The position numbers and the translations under genes are program-made. DNA of 17,135 bases from Abditibacteriaceae bacterium (GTDB taxonomy: Bacteria; Armatimonadota; Abditibacteriia; Abditibacteriales; Abditibacteriaceae): positions 1 through 17,135 of the forward strand of contig JANPJS010000102.1 of the NCBI GenBank assembly GCA_031425655.1, given 5' to 3'. Positions within the stretch are counted from its first letter, which is position 1. Every line of letters starts with the position of its first letter. Shown here in pieces: positions 1-8,764 of the stretch. Below the pieces are notes generated by a model. The model had not been told where the DNA came from, did not search any database, and worked only from the letters and a program-made list of their open reading frames with translations.

Positions 1-2787
1 CGGAACAAGCCACACCGGGCCAATCAAGCCGGAAGACAACGGTTCCCAGCCAGAAGAATCGAACGGTTTATAAGCGATATTGACGAAAAAGAACTTCTGC
101 CACGGCACTTTGCGCCGATCTAAATCGGCCAATCTGTTCGCCATCAAATTCGTGACTTCGATTTCGAGACGATTGTTTTGCGCCAGCAACGCGGACGGCA
201 CACGCACCGCAAAAGGACGCGAAATCAGCGTGCCCAAATCGTGCGCATTCAAGCGCACTTGCGCGCTATAACGGACTTCTCCCAGATCAATTTGCCACGC
301 CTCGAAATCGCCTTTTGGCCGCTCGAAATTCAACGTATAGCGCGCTGTGCCGGAAAAGGCGCGCAACGCTTCGCCGTCGCTGGGCCAGGTTGTCCAGCTC
401 GAAAGCTGTTCAATTTCAGCTTTTGATGGCAGCGCCGGCCCGCCTTCGACGAATTCGACGCTCCACGCGCCTTTCAACTCTTGCGCTGCGCCGCTGGAAA
501 AGTAATCCCATTGCGGCATTTTCGGCGCGTCCGCAAAAGCGCGCAGCAACAGCGATTGGCCCGCCTCCATTTGCAAATAAACCTGCGTTTTTCCGTCGCG
601 TTGGCGCACAGCGGCGCGGCCAAAATGCCCGCTTAGCGCGTCGTAAATCGCTATGAATTTCGCCGAAATCGCCAGCGGCATCCAGCGTTCGAGGCGTTGG
701 CGCGACTGGTTGGCCAGAAAATAAATGTGTCCGCCGTCCTGCGCGCGACGCATGAATTTCACGCCGTCATCAGTCAGCGTTTCGCGCGGCACTTTGGCGG
801 CTTCGAGTAGCGTTTCGGCGTCCGGCCCGATAAGAAACTGGCCTTTGCCGACTCCGGCGTGCTGCACGCAGGGACTGATTTCGCGGCGCGCTCCCAGCGA
901 ATCCAACGCCGCGTGCAATTGGGCGCGCCGTTTTGCCAAATCGCCCAATCCGGGCACATCCTGTGGCAAGTCGCCGACGACTAAAATCGTGGCGCCGCTT
1001 CGCGCCAATTCAAGCAGGCGCTCCAGCGTTTCCGGCGGCATCAGCGAGGCGCCCGCAACGCACAGCGTTCGATAAGTGCCGCCGCGCGTTTGCAGTGCGC
1101 CGTTTTCAAAACTCACTGCCTTTTTCAATAAACGGTCGGACACGAAATCGAAGCCGTAGCCGCGCTGCCACAGCGTGTGCGCGGATTTCGAGAAACCGGC
1201 CATGCTTTGGTCGAGCCAGGTTTCCGTGTTGTGCATCGTCAGAAATTGCAGCCCGTCTTTGCTGCCTTTTTCCGCTGCCCATAGATCGTAAATCGGCAGG
1301 TAAATCAACACGTCATTGTCGGGCTGGCCGCTTTGCATAAACGACTGACAACGCGCGATGTAACTGTTCAAAGCAGGCAAATCGCGCCAGAAAGTGTTGG
1401 TCGGCGCGAAGTGCGTGGAAGCGTAAAACATCTGGCCGGGCCACGCGGCCTCGGCGGGCGAAAACGTCGAACCGTGAAAAAAGAGATGATTGATTCCGAG
1501 CGTAAAAAGCGCGTCGGCGTTGGCTTTGGCGTGTTCAAGAGGCACGCGACCATGTTCACCAAGCCACGTAAACGATTCGCTCGAACACAAACGCTTGCCC
1601 GCGACGTGCGCCGCTGAAGACGCTATTTTGCAGGCTAAAATCAAGCCTTTTTCAAACGATTGTTTTGGCGTGCCGGGCAACGGCTCCAACCCGGCTAATT
1701 CCAGCCATCCGGCGCCGAAGGTTTCGGTTTCGGGAATGTCGGCCCCAGCGTATAAATCCAAGATATTGGCGGGCGATCCGTGTGCTTGTTCTCGTGCTTT
1801 GGCGCCTTTGTCGTGCGCCCACTTTGCCCAGGGCTGTAAAAATTCTTCGAGTAATAAATCAGAAACGGTTTCACGATAATCTGAGCGCACACGGCGCACA
1901 GTTTCGGCTTCGTCTCCGCCGCGCAGAGCCAATAACTGGCCACGCAAATCGTAACCACGCCGTTGGGCGAATTCGTCGAAAAGCGCGCTTGTCCAGTTGG
2001 CGCCGTAAACCTCGTAAGAATCGTTGAAAAAACAGCGCACCATCGCGCCGGTGGAAAGTTGCGACAGCGGTTTATCGAAGTGTTCTAAATATCGGCGCGT
2101 AGCGACCTGCGAAAAGTGATCGATCACATTGCCCTCGCCGCCCGGCGCGGCGCGCTTAACTTTCTGGCCGGTGCCAGTGGCGAATGCCGCAATAAGCGTC
2201 CAGTGGCCCGAAGTCGCCTGCCATTCGAGATGGCCCGCCGCATCTACTTTAGCGGTAAAGTCCAGCACTTGATCGCCCGAATAGGCCATGAGTGCTAACA
2301 ATCGCGCGTCGGGATTTTCTTTGCTGCGAATGGGAAAATCGAGCGTTGCATACGCCGAAAGGTCGAACTTTTCAAACAATACGCGCGAGGCTGCATCTTC
2401 GTTGGAAACCCACGGCCCGCCCAGCGGCCAGCCGGTGCCGGTAATCATATCCACGCCCAAATCCAGCCGCTTGGCTTCGCGCAGCGTGTGATTTAAGGTT
2501 TCAATCCAGCGAGGGCTGAGATACGGAATATTTTGCGCCTGGGCACCGTCGGCGCCGTAAATCGGGCTGATTTCCACGCCGCCGATGCCGGCTTCTTTGA
2601 ACAATTCGAGATGGCGCGTGATTTCGGATTCGCTAACGGCGCTGCCCATCCACCACCAGCGCGTCCACGGGCGATTTTCGCTGTGCAAAGCCGGCCATGC
2701 GGTTTCAGATTGTTGCGTGTCGTGCATCGGCGCGGCTACGGCGCAAAGAAGGCACGCCACGAGCAAAACAAAGCAGGCTACATCCAT
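1..2787 (-). CDS. GH106-like glycoside hydrolase (alpha-L-rhamnosidase family), 3' end just outside the window
   Basis: Manual translation from ATG at 2787 gives MDVACFVLLVACLLCAVAAP...ENRPWTRWWWMGSAV...AGIGGVEISPIYG...LGVDMITGTGWPLGGPWV (GH106 N-terminal motifs). The same frame near position 1 gives NRLEIEVTNLMANRL...SSGLIGPVWLVP, a typical C-terminus. The track lists no ORF in this frame, consistent with no stop before the edge. SD-like AAGGA lies upstream. Confidence 0.88.
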   Translation of the reverse strand, partial: MDVACFVLLVACLLCAVAAPMHDTQQSETAWPALHSENRPWTRWWWMGSAVSESEITRHLELFKEAGIGGVEISPIYGADGAQAQNIPYLSPRWIETLNHTLREAKRLDLGVDMITGTGWPLGGPWVSNEDAASRVLFEKFDLSAYATLDFPIRSKENPDARLLALMAYSGDQVLDFTAKVDAAGHLEWQATSGHWTLIAAFATGTGQKVKRAAPGGEGNVIDHFSQVATRRYLEHFDKPLSQLSTGAMVRCFFNDSYEVYGANWTSALFDEFAQRRGYDLRGQLLALRGGDEAETVRRVRSDYRETVSDLLLEEFLQPWAKWAHDKGAKAREQAHGSPANILDLYAGADIPETETFGAGWLELAGLEPLPGTPKQSFEKGLILACKIASSAAHVAGKRLCSSESFTWLGEHGRVPLEHAKANADALFTLGINHLFFHGSTFSPAEAAWPGQMFYASTHFAPTNTFWRDLPALNSYIARCQSFMQSGQPDNDVLIYLPIYDLWAAEKGSKDGLQFLTMHNTETWLDQSMAGFSKSAHTLWQRGYGFDFVSDRLLKKAVSFENGALQTRGGTYRTLCVAGASLMPPETLERLLELARSGATILVVGDLPQDVPGLGDLAKRRAQLHAALDSLGARREISPCVQHAGVGKGQFLIGPDAETLLEAAKVPRETLTDDGVKFMRRAQDGGHIYFLANQSRQRLERWMPLAISAKFIAIYDALSGHFGRAAVRQRDGKTQVYLQMEAGQSLLLRAFADAPKMPQWDYFSSGAAQELKGAWSVEFVEGGPALPSKAEIEQLSSWTTWPSDGEALRAFSGTARYTLNFERPKGDFEAWQIDLGEVRYSAQVRLNAHDLGTLISRPFAVRVPSALLAQNNRLEIEVTNLMANRLADLDRRKVPWQKFFFVNIAYKPFDSSGWEPLSSGLIGPVWLVP

Positions 2788-3869
2788 TAATTCCTTGCTG
2801 CGAAGGGCGCGGCTACGCTTTGGCGTTCGACCAATTCGCCGCGAATCGAGACGATGCGCGGCGGCGCTACATCGCCATCTAATCGCTGCAAAAGTAGCTC
2901 GACGACTTTGCGGGCGATGTCTTCGACGGGCTGCGAAACGCAGGTCAGCGGAACGGGGCAGTATTCGGCAATCGGCTGATTATCGTGGCCAATGATGCTC
3001 ACGTCGCCCGGCACTTTCACACCGGCGCGCAGCATTTCGACCATGAAAGCCAACGCGACGTAATCGTTTACGATACAAAGCGCGGTCGGGCGCTTTTTCA
3101 ATTTCAAAAAGGCTTGCGCCATCGCCGCGCCGCCTTTTTCGTAGGTCGGATTTTTGAAAAACCATTCCTCGTGAAACGGCGCTCCGAACTCATCAAGGGC
3201 ACGCCGAAAGCCTTGCAAACGCGCGATTTGAGGCTCGTTTAACTCGTGCGGGTCGCCCGGATGCGACATTCCGATGCCGATGTCGCGGTGTCCGCATTCC
3301 AACAAGCGGCGCGCCGCTAAATACGCGTTATGCTCGCGGTCGAAAATCACCTGGTCGCAATCCAGAGGCAGCGCCACGTCGTAGGCAACCACGATGCCGC
3401 CGCCACGCTGATACGCTTCCAATTCGCGCAACACGGACGCATGAAGCGTGTGCGCCGCGCAAATCACGGCGCGTGGCCACTGCCGGCACAATTGCTTGAT
3501 TTCTGCGGCCTGTAAATCGTCGCGGGCGGCAATTTCGCCGCAAGTGTAAATCGGCACTTCCAGCGAACGCGCATTCAATTCGCGCTGAATAATAAGAATT
3601 TTCTCGGTCGCCAAGCCCACGTCCAGCACGCCGCTGAAGATGTAAACGACATTGTTGCTCACGCCAAAAGCCAAGCGTTGCGCTAAGGGATTCGGCTCGT
3701 AACCGAGTTTCTGCGACATGGCGATTATGCGTTCGCGCGTAGCGACGGCTAAGTTGCCCTTGCCCGAAAGCGCCAGAGAAACCGTGGATTTATGGAGGCC
3801 CAGCGCCCCGGCCACATCGTGAATCGTAACGGGCCGCTTGAGAGCGGAAGTTGGAGTCTCTTTCGTCAT
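2787..3869 (-). CDS. LacI-family transcriptional regulator
   Basis: HTH TIHDVAGALGLHKSTVSLALSG, hinge LGYEPNPLAQRL, and sugar-binding domain motifs PTALCIVND and VPGDVSIIGHDN. Its stop overlaps the GH106 start (TAATG). Confidence 0.96.
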   Translation of the reverse strand: MTKETPTSALKRPVTIHDVAGALGLHKSTVSLALSGKGNLAVATRERIIAMSQKLGYEPNPLAQRLAFGVSNNVVYIFSGVLDVGLATEKILIIQRELNARSLEVPIYTCGEIAARDDLQAAEIKQLCRQWPRAVICAAHTLHASVLRELEAYQRGGGIVVAYDVALPLDCDQVIFDREHNAYLAARRLLECGHRDIGIGMSHPGDPHELNEPQIARLQGFRRALDEFGAPFHEEWFFKNPTYEKGGAAMAQAFLKLKKRPTALCIVNDYVALAFMVEMLRAGVKVPGDVSIIGHDNQPIAEYCPVPLTCVSQPVEDIARKVVELLLQRLDGDVAPPRIVSIRGELVERQSVAAPFAARN

Positions 3870-3958
3870 AATCTTAATTCTTATTCGTCACTAAATTTCC
3901 CGACGGCACTCTATAAAGAAACCGCTTTGAGACAAAAGTTTTGCGAAAACCGCCTTTT

Positions 3959-3975
3959 TGTAAACCGGTTGAACA
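3959..3975. promoter_or_regulatory. Putative LacI-family operator TGTAAACCGGTTGAACA
   Basis: Imperfect palindrome with a perfect AACCGGTT core and central CG, matching the LacI/GalR operator pattern. It lies between the divergent LacI and GH172 genes. Confidence 0.6.
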
Positions 3976-4058
3976 TCAGCATAGCTTGAGATTCGCGCCG
4001 TGAGAGAGTTGCGATGTTCTAAGACACGGATTATTTCGTTATTCCGCTCAAAATCGCC

Positions 4059-6065
4059 ATGAAAAAACTCATTTTGCTCGCCATCGTTTCTTTTGCGACC
4101 ACTTCTCCGGCGCACGCGGCGCCGACGCTCAGCTATGCGCAATTAGTGCAACGCCTGACCGACCTTGAAGGGCTGGCGATTTTACCGGCTCCGGGCGAGA
4201 AGACCGCGCTTTTTTCCAGCTACGACCGCGCCAGCAAATACGATGAAGCGAGCGGCAAATACGTGCGATGGGACGCCAATGGCGATGCCGGCGGCATCAT
4301 TCGCAGCGAAGGCGAATCGCAAGTGCTGGCCGAAATGAGCGGGCCGGGCTGCATCTGGCGCATTTGGGCCGCCACGCCACTGGATAAGCACGTCAAAATC
4401 TACCTCGACGGCGCCACCGAACCCGTCATAAACTTGCCCTTCAAAGATTACTTTAGCGGTAAAGTCGCGCCGTTCAACCATGCGGCGCTGGTTTACACGA
4501 CCGAGGCCAACGGATTCAACAATTTGGTGCCGATTCCGTATCAGAAATCGTGCAAAATCGTGGCGGACAAAGGCTGGGGCAGCTATTATCAGTTCACTTA
4601 CAGCACCTTCGCGCCGGGCACTGAGGTGCCGACTTTCACCCGCGATTTGAGCGAAGCCGACAAAGCTGCGCTCGCGGCGGCAAACGCGGCTTTGCAAAAC
4701 GCTGGCGCCGCTCTTCAAGTAAAGGCCGATGAAACCACGGTGCGAGAAGCGTTTACCTGCGCACCGGGCGAAAGCAAAGCCATCGCGCTGACAGGCCCGC
4801 GCGCCATCACCAATTTTGAAGTCAAAGTGGACGCGGCGGCGCTGGCCGATGCCGCGACAACGCTGCGCGACATCGCTTTGAAAATTCGCTGGGACGGCGA
4901 AAAAACGCCCTCTGTCGCAGTGCCGTTGGGCGATTTTTTCGGTTCGGCGCCGGGCGTTAACTTGTTCAAATCACTGCCCGTCGGCATGACGGCGGACGGC
5001 TTTTATTCGCGTTGGTATATGCCGTTTGGTCAGACGGCAGAAATTCAATTTGTCAACGAAGGCAAAACGCCGATCACGCTGCAAACTACCATTACGCACG
5101 CGCCGCTAACGCGACCGATTGGCGAATTGGGCCGCTTCCACGCCAAATGGCACCGCGATGCGTTTCTGCCGGCGGAACCGGAGCGCAAAATTGACTGGAC
5201 TCTGCTCAAAACGCAGGGCCAAGGCCGCTTTTGCGGCGTGCTGCTGCACGTTTTCAAACCTGTTCCCGGCTGGTGGGGCGAAGGCGACGAAAAGTTCTTC
5301 GTGGACGGCGAAAAGTTTCCTTCGACCATCGGCACCGGCTCGGAAGATTACTTTGGCTACGCGTGGAGCAGCGCCGCGCGCTTCGTGCGGCCATTGCACG
5401 GCCAGACCATCGCCAACAAAGGCCAGATTTCCAATTTTCGCTGGCATACCGCCGACAATGTGCCGTTTCAGCAATCGTTCGAGGGCGCGATGGAAAAGTA
5501 TTTCGGGCCGCAAACTCGTTATGCAGCAACGGTTTACTGGTATTTGTCCGCTGCCGGCGTTGACGCCTACGAACTTGCACCGGCTGCCGAGCGCGACAGT
5601 AATTTCGAGATGCCGGCATCGCCGAGAATCGCCGGCGCCTTTGAAGGTGAAGGGATGCGCGTGCTGGAAAAAAGCGGCGGCAACACTGTCGAGCAAGGCT
5701 TGGACGGCTTCGGCGCAGGCTGGAGCGAAAACTCGCAACTGTGGTGGACGGGCGCCAAAATCGGCGAGAAATTATCGCTGGAATTGCCGGTCAAAGAAGC
5801 CGGAAAATACAAATTGCTGGCGCAACTCACCAAAGCCAAAGATTATGGCATCGTGCAGTTTTATTTGGACGATAAAAAGCTCGGCGATGCCATTGACCTT
5901 TACAACGACAAAGTCATTCCCAGTGGCCCGCTTTCGCTCGGAACGCTCGATTTGACTGCCGGCGCGCATAAAATCACGCTTGAAATCGTGGGCGCCAACG
6001 AAAAATCTGAAAAAGCCTTCATGGTCGGGCTGGATTACGTGAAATTGGAAGCCGTCAAGCCGTAA
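4059..6065 (+). CDS. Secreted DUF2961/GH172-family glycoside hydrolase with a C-terminal CBM-like beta-sandwich
   Basis: Signal peptide MKKLILLAIVSF...AHA. Motifs SSYDR, GPGCIWRIW, WDGEKTPSVAVPLGDFFG, WWGEGDEKFFVDGE and GTGSEDYFGYAW. The C-terminal domain ends LTAGAHKITLEIVG...GLDYVKL. Confidence 0.9.
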   Translation: MKKLILLAIVSFATTSPAHAAPTLSYAQLVQRLTDLEGLAILPAPGEKTALFSSYDRASKYDEASGKYVRWDANGDAGGIIRSEGESQVLAEMSGPGCIWRIWAATPLDKHVKIYLDGATEPVINLPFKDYFSGKVAPFNHAALVYTTEANGFNNLVPIPYQKSCKIVADKGWGSYYQFTYSTFAPGTEVPTFTRDLSEADKAALAAANAALQNAGAALQVKADETTVREAFTCAPGESKAIALTGPRAITNFEVKVDAAALADAATTLRDIALKIRWDGEKTPSVAVPLGDFFGSAPGVNLFKSLPVGMTADGFYSRWYMPFGQTAEIQFVNEGKTPITLQTTITHAPLTRPIGELGRFHAKWHRDAFLPAEPERKIDWTLLKTQGQGRFCGVLLHVFKPVPGWWGEGDEKFFVDGEKFPSTIGTGSEDYFGYAWSSAARFVRPLHGQTIANKGQISNFRWHTADNVPFQQSFEGAMEKYFGPQTRYAATVYWYLSAAGVDAYELAPAAERDSNFEMPASPRIAGAFEGEGMRVLEKSGGNTVEQGLDGFGAGWSENSQLWWTGAKIGEKLSLELPVKEAGKYKLLAQLTKAKDYGIVQFYLDDKKLGDAIDLYNDKVIPSGPLSLGTLDLTAGAHKITLEIVGANEKSEKAFMVGLDYVKLEAVKP

Positions 6066-6087
6066 CCGGGAAATCCCAAAGATTTTT

Positions 6088-6225
6088 ATGAAAACCTTCA
6101 GAAGCGACTTTTTAGTCGCCTGCGTATTTGGCGCGTTGCTGCGTCCGGCGTTGGCGCAACGTGGAAATTGTAATATGTCGCCACCAACGGGCGCGGCATC
6201 GTTTACGGCGACCCGGCGCCGCGCC
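6088..6225 (+). pseudogene. Collapsed remnant of a GH74 (xyloglucanase-like) gene
   Basis: Three pieces in three frames: signal-peptide-like MKTFRSDFLVACVFGALLRPALAQ from 6088, WRNVEIV from 6152 (GH74 mature N-terminal motif), and YVATNGRGIVYGDP from 6174 (GH74 C-terminal motif). Confidence 0.7.
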
Positions 6226-6298
6226 CGTGTCTCTTTGCGCTGATTGCTATTAATATTATGGCAGGGCATTAATTTTGGGCGAAACAGCAACTTGATTT

Positions 6299-7768
6299 AT
6301 GTTCAAAAAGTCGGCGCGGCGCGGTTTGGGGGACGATTTTCACAGCCTGATGGCGTGTGCGGCACGGCTGCGTTTTGCGGGCGATCTCGAAAAGCAGTTC
6401 CGCGACGATTACTTCAATAATTCGCTTGTTCTTTGCCGTGCGGCTATCATTGCTTCGTTTGTAATTTTCATGGCGTTTGGAATCCTTGATCCTTACGCTG
6501 TGCCTTCGGCAACGCCTGCTATCTGGTTCATCCGTTATGGGATAGTTTCTCCCATCGGCTTATCCATTCTGATACTGAGCTTCTTCCCGTTCTTCCGTCA
6601 GATCATGCAGCCGGCTGTCAGCTTAATCGTATTCGTGGTCGGTTTCGGCATTATTTCCATGACGGTAATCGCTCAACCGGGCGAACTGGGCTACTTGTTT
6701 TATCCGATGGGCCTGCTGCTGACGCCCATGATTGGCTACTCTTTTCTCAGGCTCCGCTTTTGGTATGCGACGATTCCCAGCCTGATTCATGTTGTGGCTT
6801 ATGTGTGTTGCGCGATTTTCTATCAGAAGATTCTCAGCGTGCCGCAAGGGGTGCCGATTTTCATCAATAACGCGTTCTTTATATTAGGCGCCAACTTCGC
6901 GGGCATGGCGACTTGCTATTCGCTCGAATTGTATGCGCGTCGCGGTTTCGTCGCCAATTATCTGTTGGAAAAGGAGCGCGCGGGCGAGCAGCGACAACGC
7001 GAGCATACCGAAGCCATGCTGCAAGTTCTTAGTCAGGCCATCGGCGGCGTGGTGCATGATTTGGGAAACCCTTTAACACTGGTGCAAAGCGGCGCGCAAA
7101 CGTTGGAACTCTTCATCCAAAACGGCGATACCGATGCGGAAGATTTCAAGGAATTTCTCGGCATCATCACCGACGGCGCCCAAATGCTGGACTATCTCCG
7201 CTTGTCGCTCATGGAGCAAGTGCGCGTTTTAGACGACAAGCCGATTCCTCTACAATGCACTCCCACCTCGATTCGCCACATTGTCGAAGCGGGCGCTCGC
7301 TACCAGCAACCGCGCTTCAGCAGCGGTCGCACCGTAGCGCTGCATGGCGATGATGTAGAAATCGCGGTTGATGAAAAGAAGATGATTACCGTCTTGATGA
7401 ACCTGATCGGAAACGCTCTCAAATACAGCGATGGCGAAGTGCGCATAGTTTGGCGCACCACGCCGCAGCATCTGCTGATTGCCGTTTTAGATCAAGGTTT
7501 GGCTGGCAAAGGCATCTCACAGACTCAAGCGGAGCAACTCTTTGTCGCGTTTGGCCGGCTCGACGCTCATGCTCAAGTAGAAGGAACGGGTCTTGGCCTG
7601 TTCTCGGTGCGTAAGATCGCCGAAGCCCACGGCGGCGAAGTCTTTATCGAAGGACACGGCGACCATAACGCGCCGCCGCTGAACTTTAGCAGCGCGCAGG
7701 GCACTTATCCTTCGATGTTGCACGAAGAATTTCGCACCGCTTTTGTCGTCGTTTGTGCGTGTTGTTAG
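6299..7768 (+). CDS. Membrane-bound sensor histidine kinase (multi-TM + HisKA + HATPase_c), orphan
   Basis: About six hydrophobic segments, H-box VVHDLGNPL, N-box NLIGNALKYS, G1 DQGLAGKGI, F-box LFVAF and G2 GTGLGL. Confidence 0.92.
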   Translation: MFKKSARRGLGDDFHSLMACAARLRFAGDLEKQFRDDYFNNSLVLCRAAIIASFVIFMAFGILDPYAVPSATPAIWFIRYGIVSPIGLSILILSFFPFFRQIMQPAVSLIVFVVGFGIISMTVIAQPGELGYLFYPMGLLLTPMIGYSFLRLRFWYATIPSLIHVVAYVCCAIFYQKILSVPQGVPIFINNAFFILGANFAGMATCYSLELYARRGFVANYLLEKERAGEQRQREHTEAMLQVLSQAIGGVVHDLGNPLTLVQSGAQTLELFIQNGDTDAEDFKEFLGIITDGAQMLDYLRLSLMEQVRVLDDKPIPLQCTPTSIRHIVEAGARYQQPRFSSGRTVALHGDDVEIAVDEKKMITVLMNLIGNALKYSDGEVRIVWRTTPQHLLIAVLDQGLAGKGISQTQAEQLFVAFGRLDAHAQVEGTGLGLFSVRKIAEAHGGEVFIEGHGDHNAPPLNFSSAQGTYPSMLHEEFRTAFVVVCACC

Positions 7769-7780
7769 TCGTTAAACCGG

Positions 7781-7955
7781 CAGGGCAAACGCATAAGAAA
7801 AGGAATAGCCGCGAAAACGCGAAAACGGCACAAAAAACAGAAAGCCCGAACTGAATAGCGGACTCCGTCAACACACTCCACGCGCGGGGCAGACCTCTCT
7901 TTTGTGTCTTTTGCGCGTTTTCGCGGCCCTTCCTTTTTCCTATGCGTTTGCCCTG
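7781..7955. mobile_element. 175-bp MITE with CAGGGC...GCCCTG (ISAs1-like) termini
   Basis: Perfect 15-bp TIR CAGGGCAAACGCATA / TATGCGTTTGCCCTG that extends imperfectly to about 55-60 bp. Flanked by GTTAAACCGG (7771-7780) and GTTAAGCCGC (7956-7965), 8/10 identical and TSD-like. No transposase. Confidence 0.75.
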
Positions 7956-7956
7956 G

Positions 7957-8034
7957 TTAAGCCGCTTCGATGGGCACCGGCGCGTGAAAGCCGAAATAGC
8001 CGCGCTCTTTGATGACTTGCGCCACTTCGGGCGG
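7957..8034 (-). pseudogene. Displaced duplicate 3' end of the 9219-10646 gene (direct repeat copy A)
   Basis: 7961-8034 matches 9226-9299 at 70/74 nt and encodes PPEVAQVIKERGYFGFHAPVPIEAA followed by its own TAA. Confidence 0.93.
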
Positions 8035-8052
8035 GGAGCTTAATCGTTGGGG
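8030..8052 (+). other. Right half of an attC-like site (GGCGGGGAGCTTAATC-GTTGGGG)
   Basis: Resembles the right end of the 8639-8724 element (GGTAGGCAAGCTTGGTC-GTTTTGA) and ends in a GTTRRR core at 8046. Confidence 0.45.
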
Positions 8053-8193
8053 GCGCTGCGCGAGACTTGGCTGCAAGGCTAAATCATGTGGTAACCACAG
8101 CCACAAACATAATTTCGTGGGAACTAATTTTGCACATGAATTGAAAGCAAGTGTTGAAATTACGCTTGCCAAAATTCACTCAGGAGGTGCAAG

Positions 8194-8556
8194 ATGACAG
8201 CAATGGTGAAGAAGAGCTTTGATAGCCCAGAGGAAACCCGGCCCATGAACAAAGGTAAGGCAGAGGTTGTGAGTCTGGGTGATATCAAGGCCATGCGCGT
8301 GACTTTTGAGCCGGGCTGGCGCTGGTCGGAGTGTGTCAAACCGATTGTGGGCACCGACAGTTGCCAGGTAGCTCACCTTCTCCATGTGGTCTCAGGACGG
8401 ATGGCGGTCAGGATGGACGATGGGTCAGAAACAGAGTTCGGGCCAGGTGATGTTGGACACATTCCACCTGGGCACGACGCTTGGATAGTGGGGGATGAGC
8501 CTTTCGTCTCCATTGACTTCCAGGGCGGTGCGATCTACGCCGCGCCACGAAGCTAA
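8194..8556 (+). CDS. Cupin domain-containing protein
   Basis: Motifs FEPGWRWSECVKP, CQVAHLLHVVSGRM and GPGDVGHIPPGHDAWIVGDEP. Strong SD AGGAGG at 8181-8186. Confidence 0.93.
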   Translation: MTAMVKKSFDSPEETRPMNKGKAEVVSLGDIKAMRVTFEPGWRWSECVKPIVGTDSCQVAHLLHVVSGRMAVRMDDGSETEFGPGDVGHIPPGHDAWIVGDEPFVSIDFQGGAIYAAPRS

Positions 8557-8574
8557 CTGACCGCTAAAGCTGCA

Positions 8575-8612
8575 ACACGATGGGCGCGACCTTGATTTCG
8601 CGCCCATCGTGT
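8575..8612. terminator. Perfect 15-bp hairpin after the cupin gene (terminator or mRNA-stabilising stem)
   Basis: ACACGATGGGCGCGA, 8-nt loop, TCGCGCCCATCGTGT. There is no U-tract, so a terminator role is uncertain. Confidence 0.5.
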
Positions 8613-8638
8613 GGCGAAAGTAGCGCATCGAAACAGCG

Positions 8639-8724
8639 GCCCGACAAGACACTGAACCCGACCACCGCTATCTTCGTGCGTTATTCCTCGCCGCCCTTGC
8701 GGTAGGCAAGCTTGGTCGTTTTGA
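8639..8724 (+). other. Degenerate integron attC-like recombination site
   Basis: GCCCGAC (RYYYAAC with 1 mismatch)-AAGAC-ACTGAAC at the left end and GCAAGCT-TGGTC-GTTTTGA at the right end, with internal ACCGC/GCGGT pairing. It is 86 bp long and lies between two co-oriented small ORFs. Confidence 0.55.
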
Positions 8725-8764
8725 CATAGAACGTCTCTTAACCTCTTGCGGTAGAATATCAAAC

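Noticed and set aside
80..2995. Many short track ORFs in the first 3 kb
   Set aside because: These are shadow frames of the GH106-like and LacI genes on the minus strand, with no recognisable motifs.
7957..8172. 71-aa minus-strand ORF as a real gene
   Set aside because: It is a chance fusion of non-coding island sequence with the duplicated gene tail.
8721..8757. TTGACA...TAGAAT as a sigma70 -35/-10 pair
   Set aside because: The spacing is 25 nt, far from 16-18, and the TTGACA overlaps the attC-like core.
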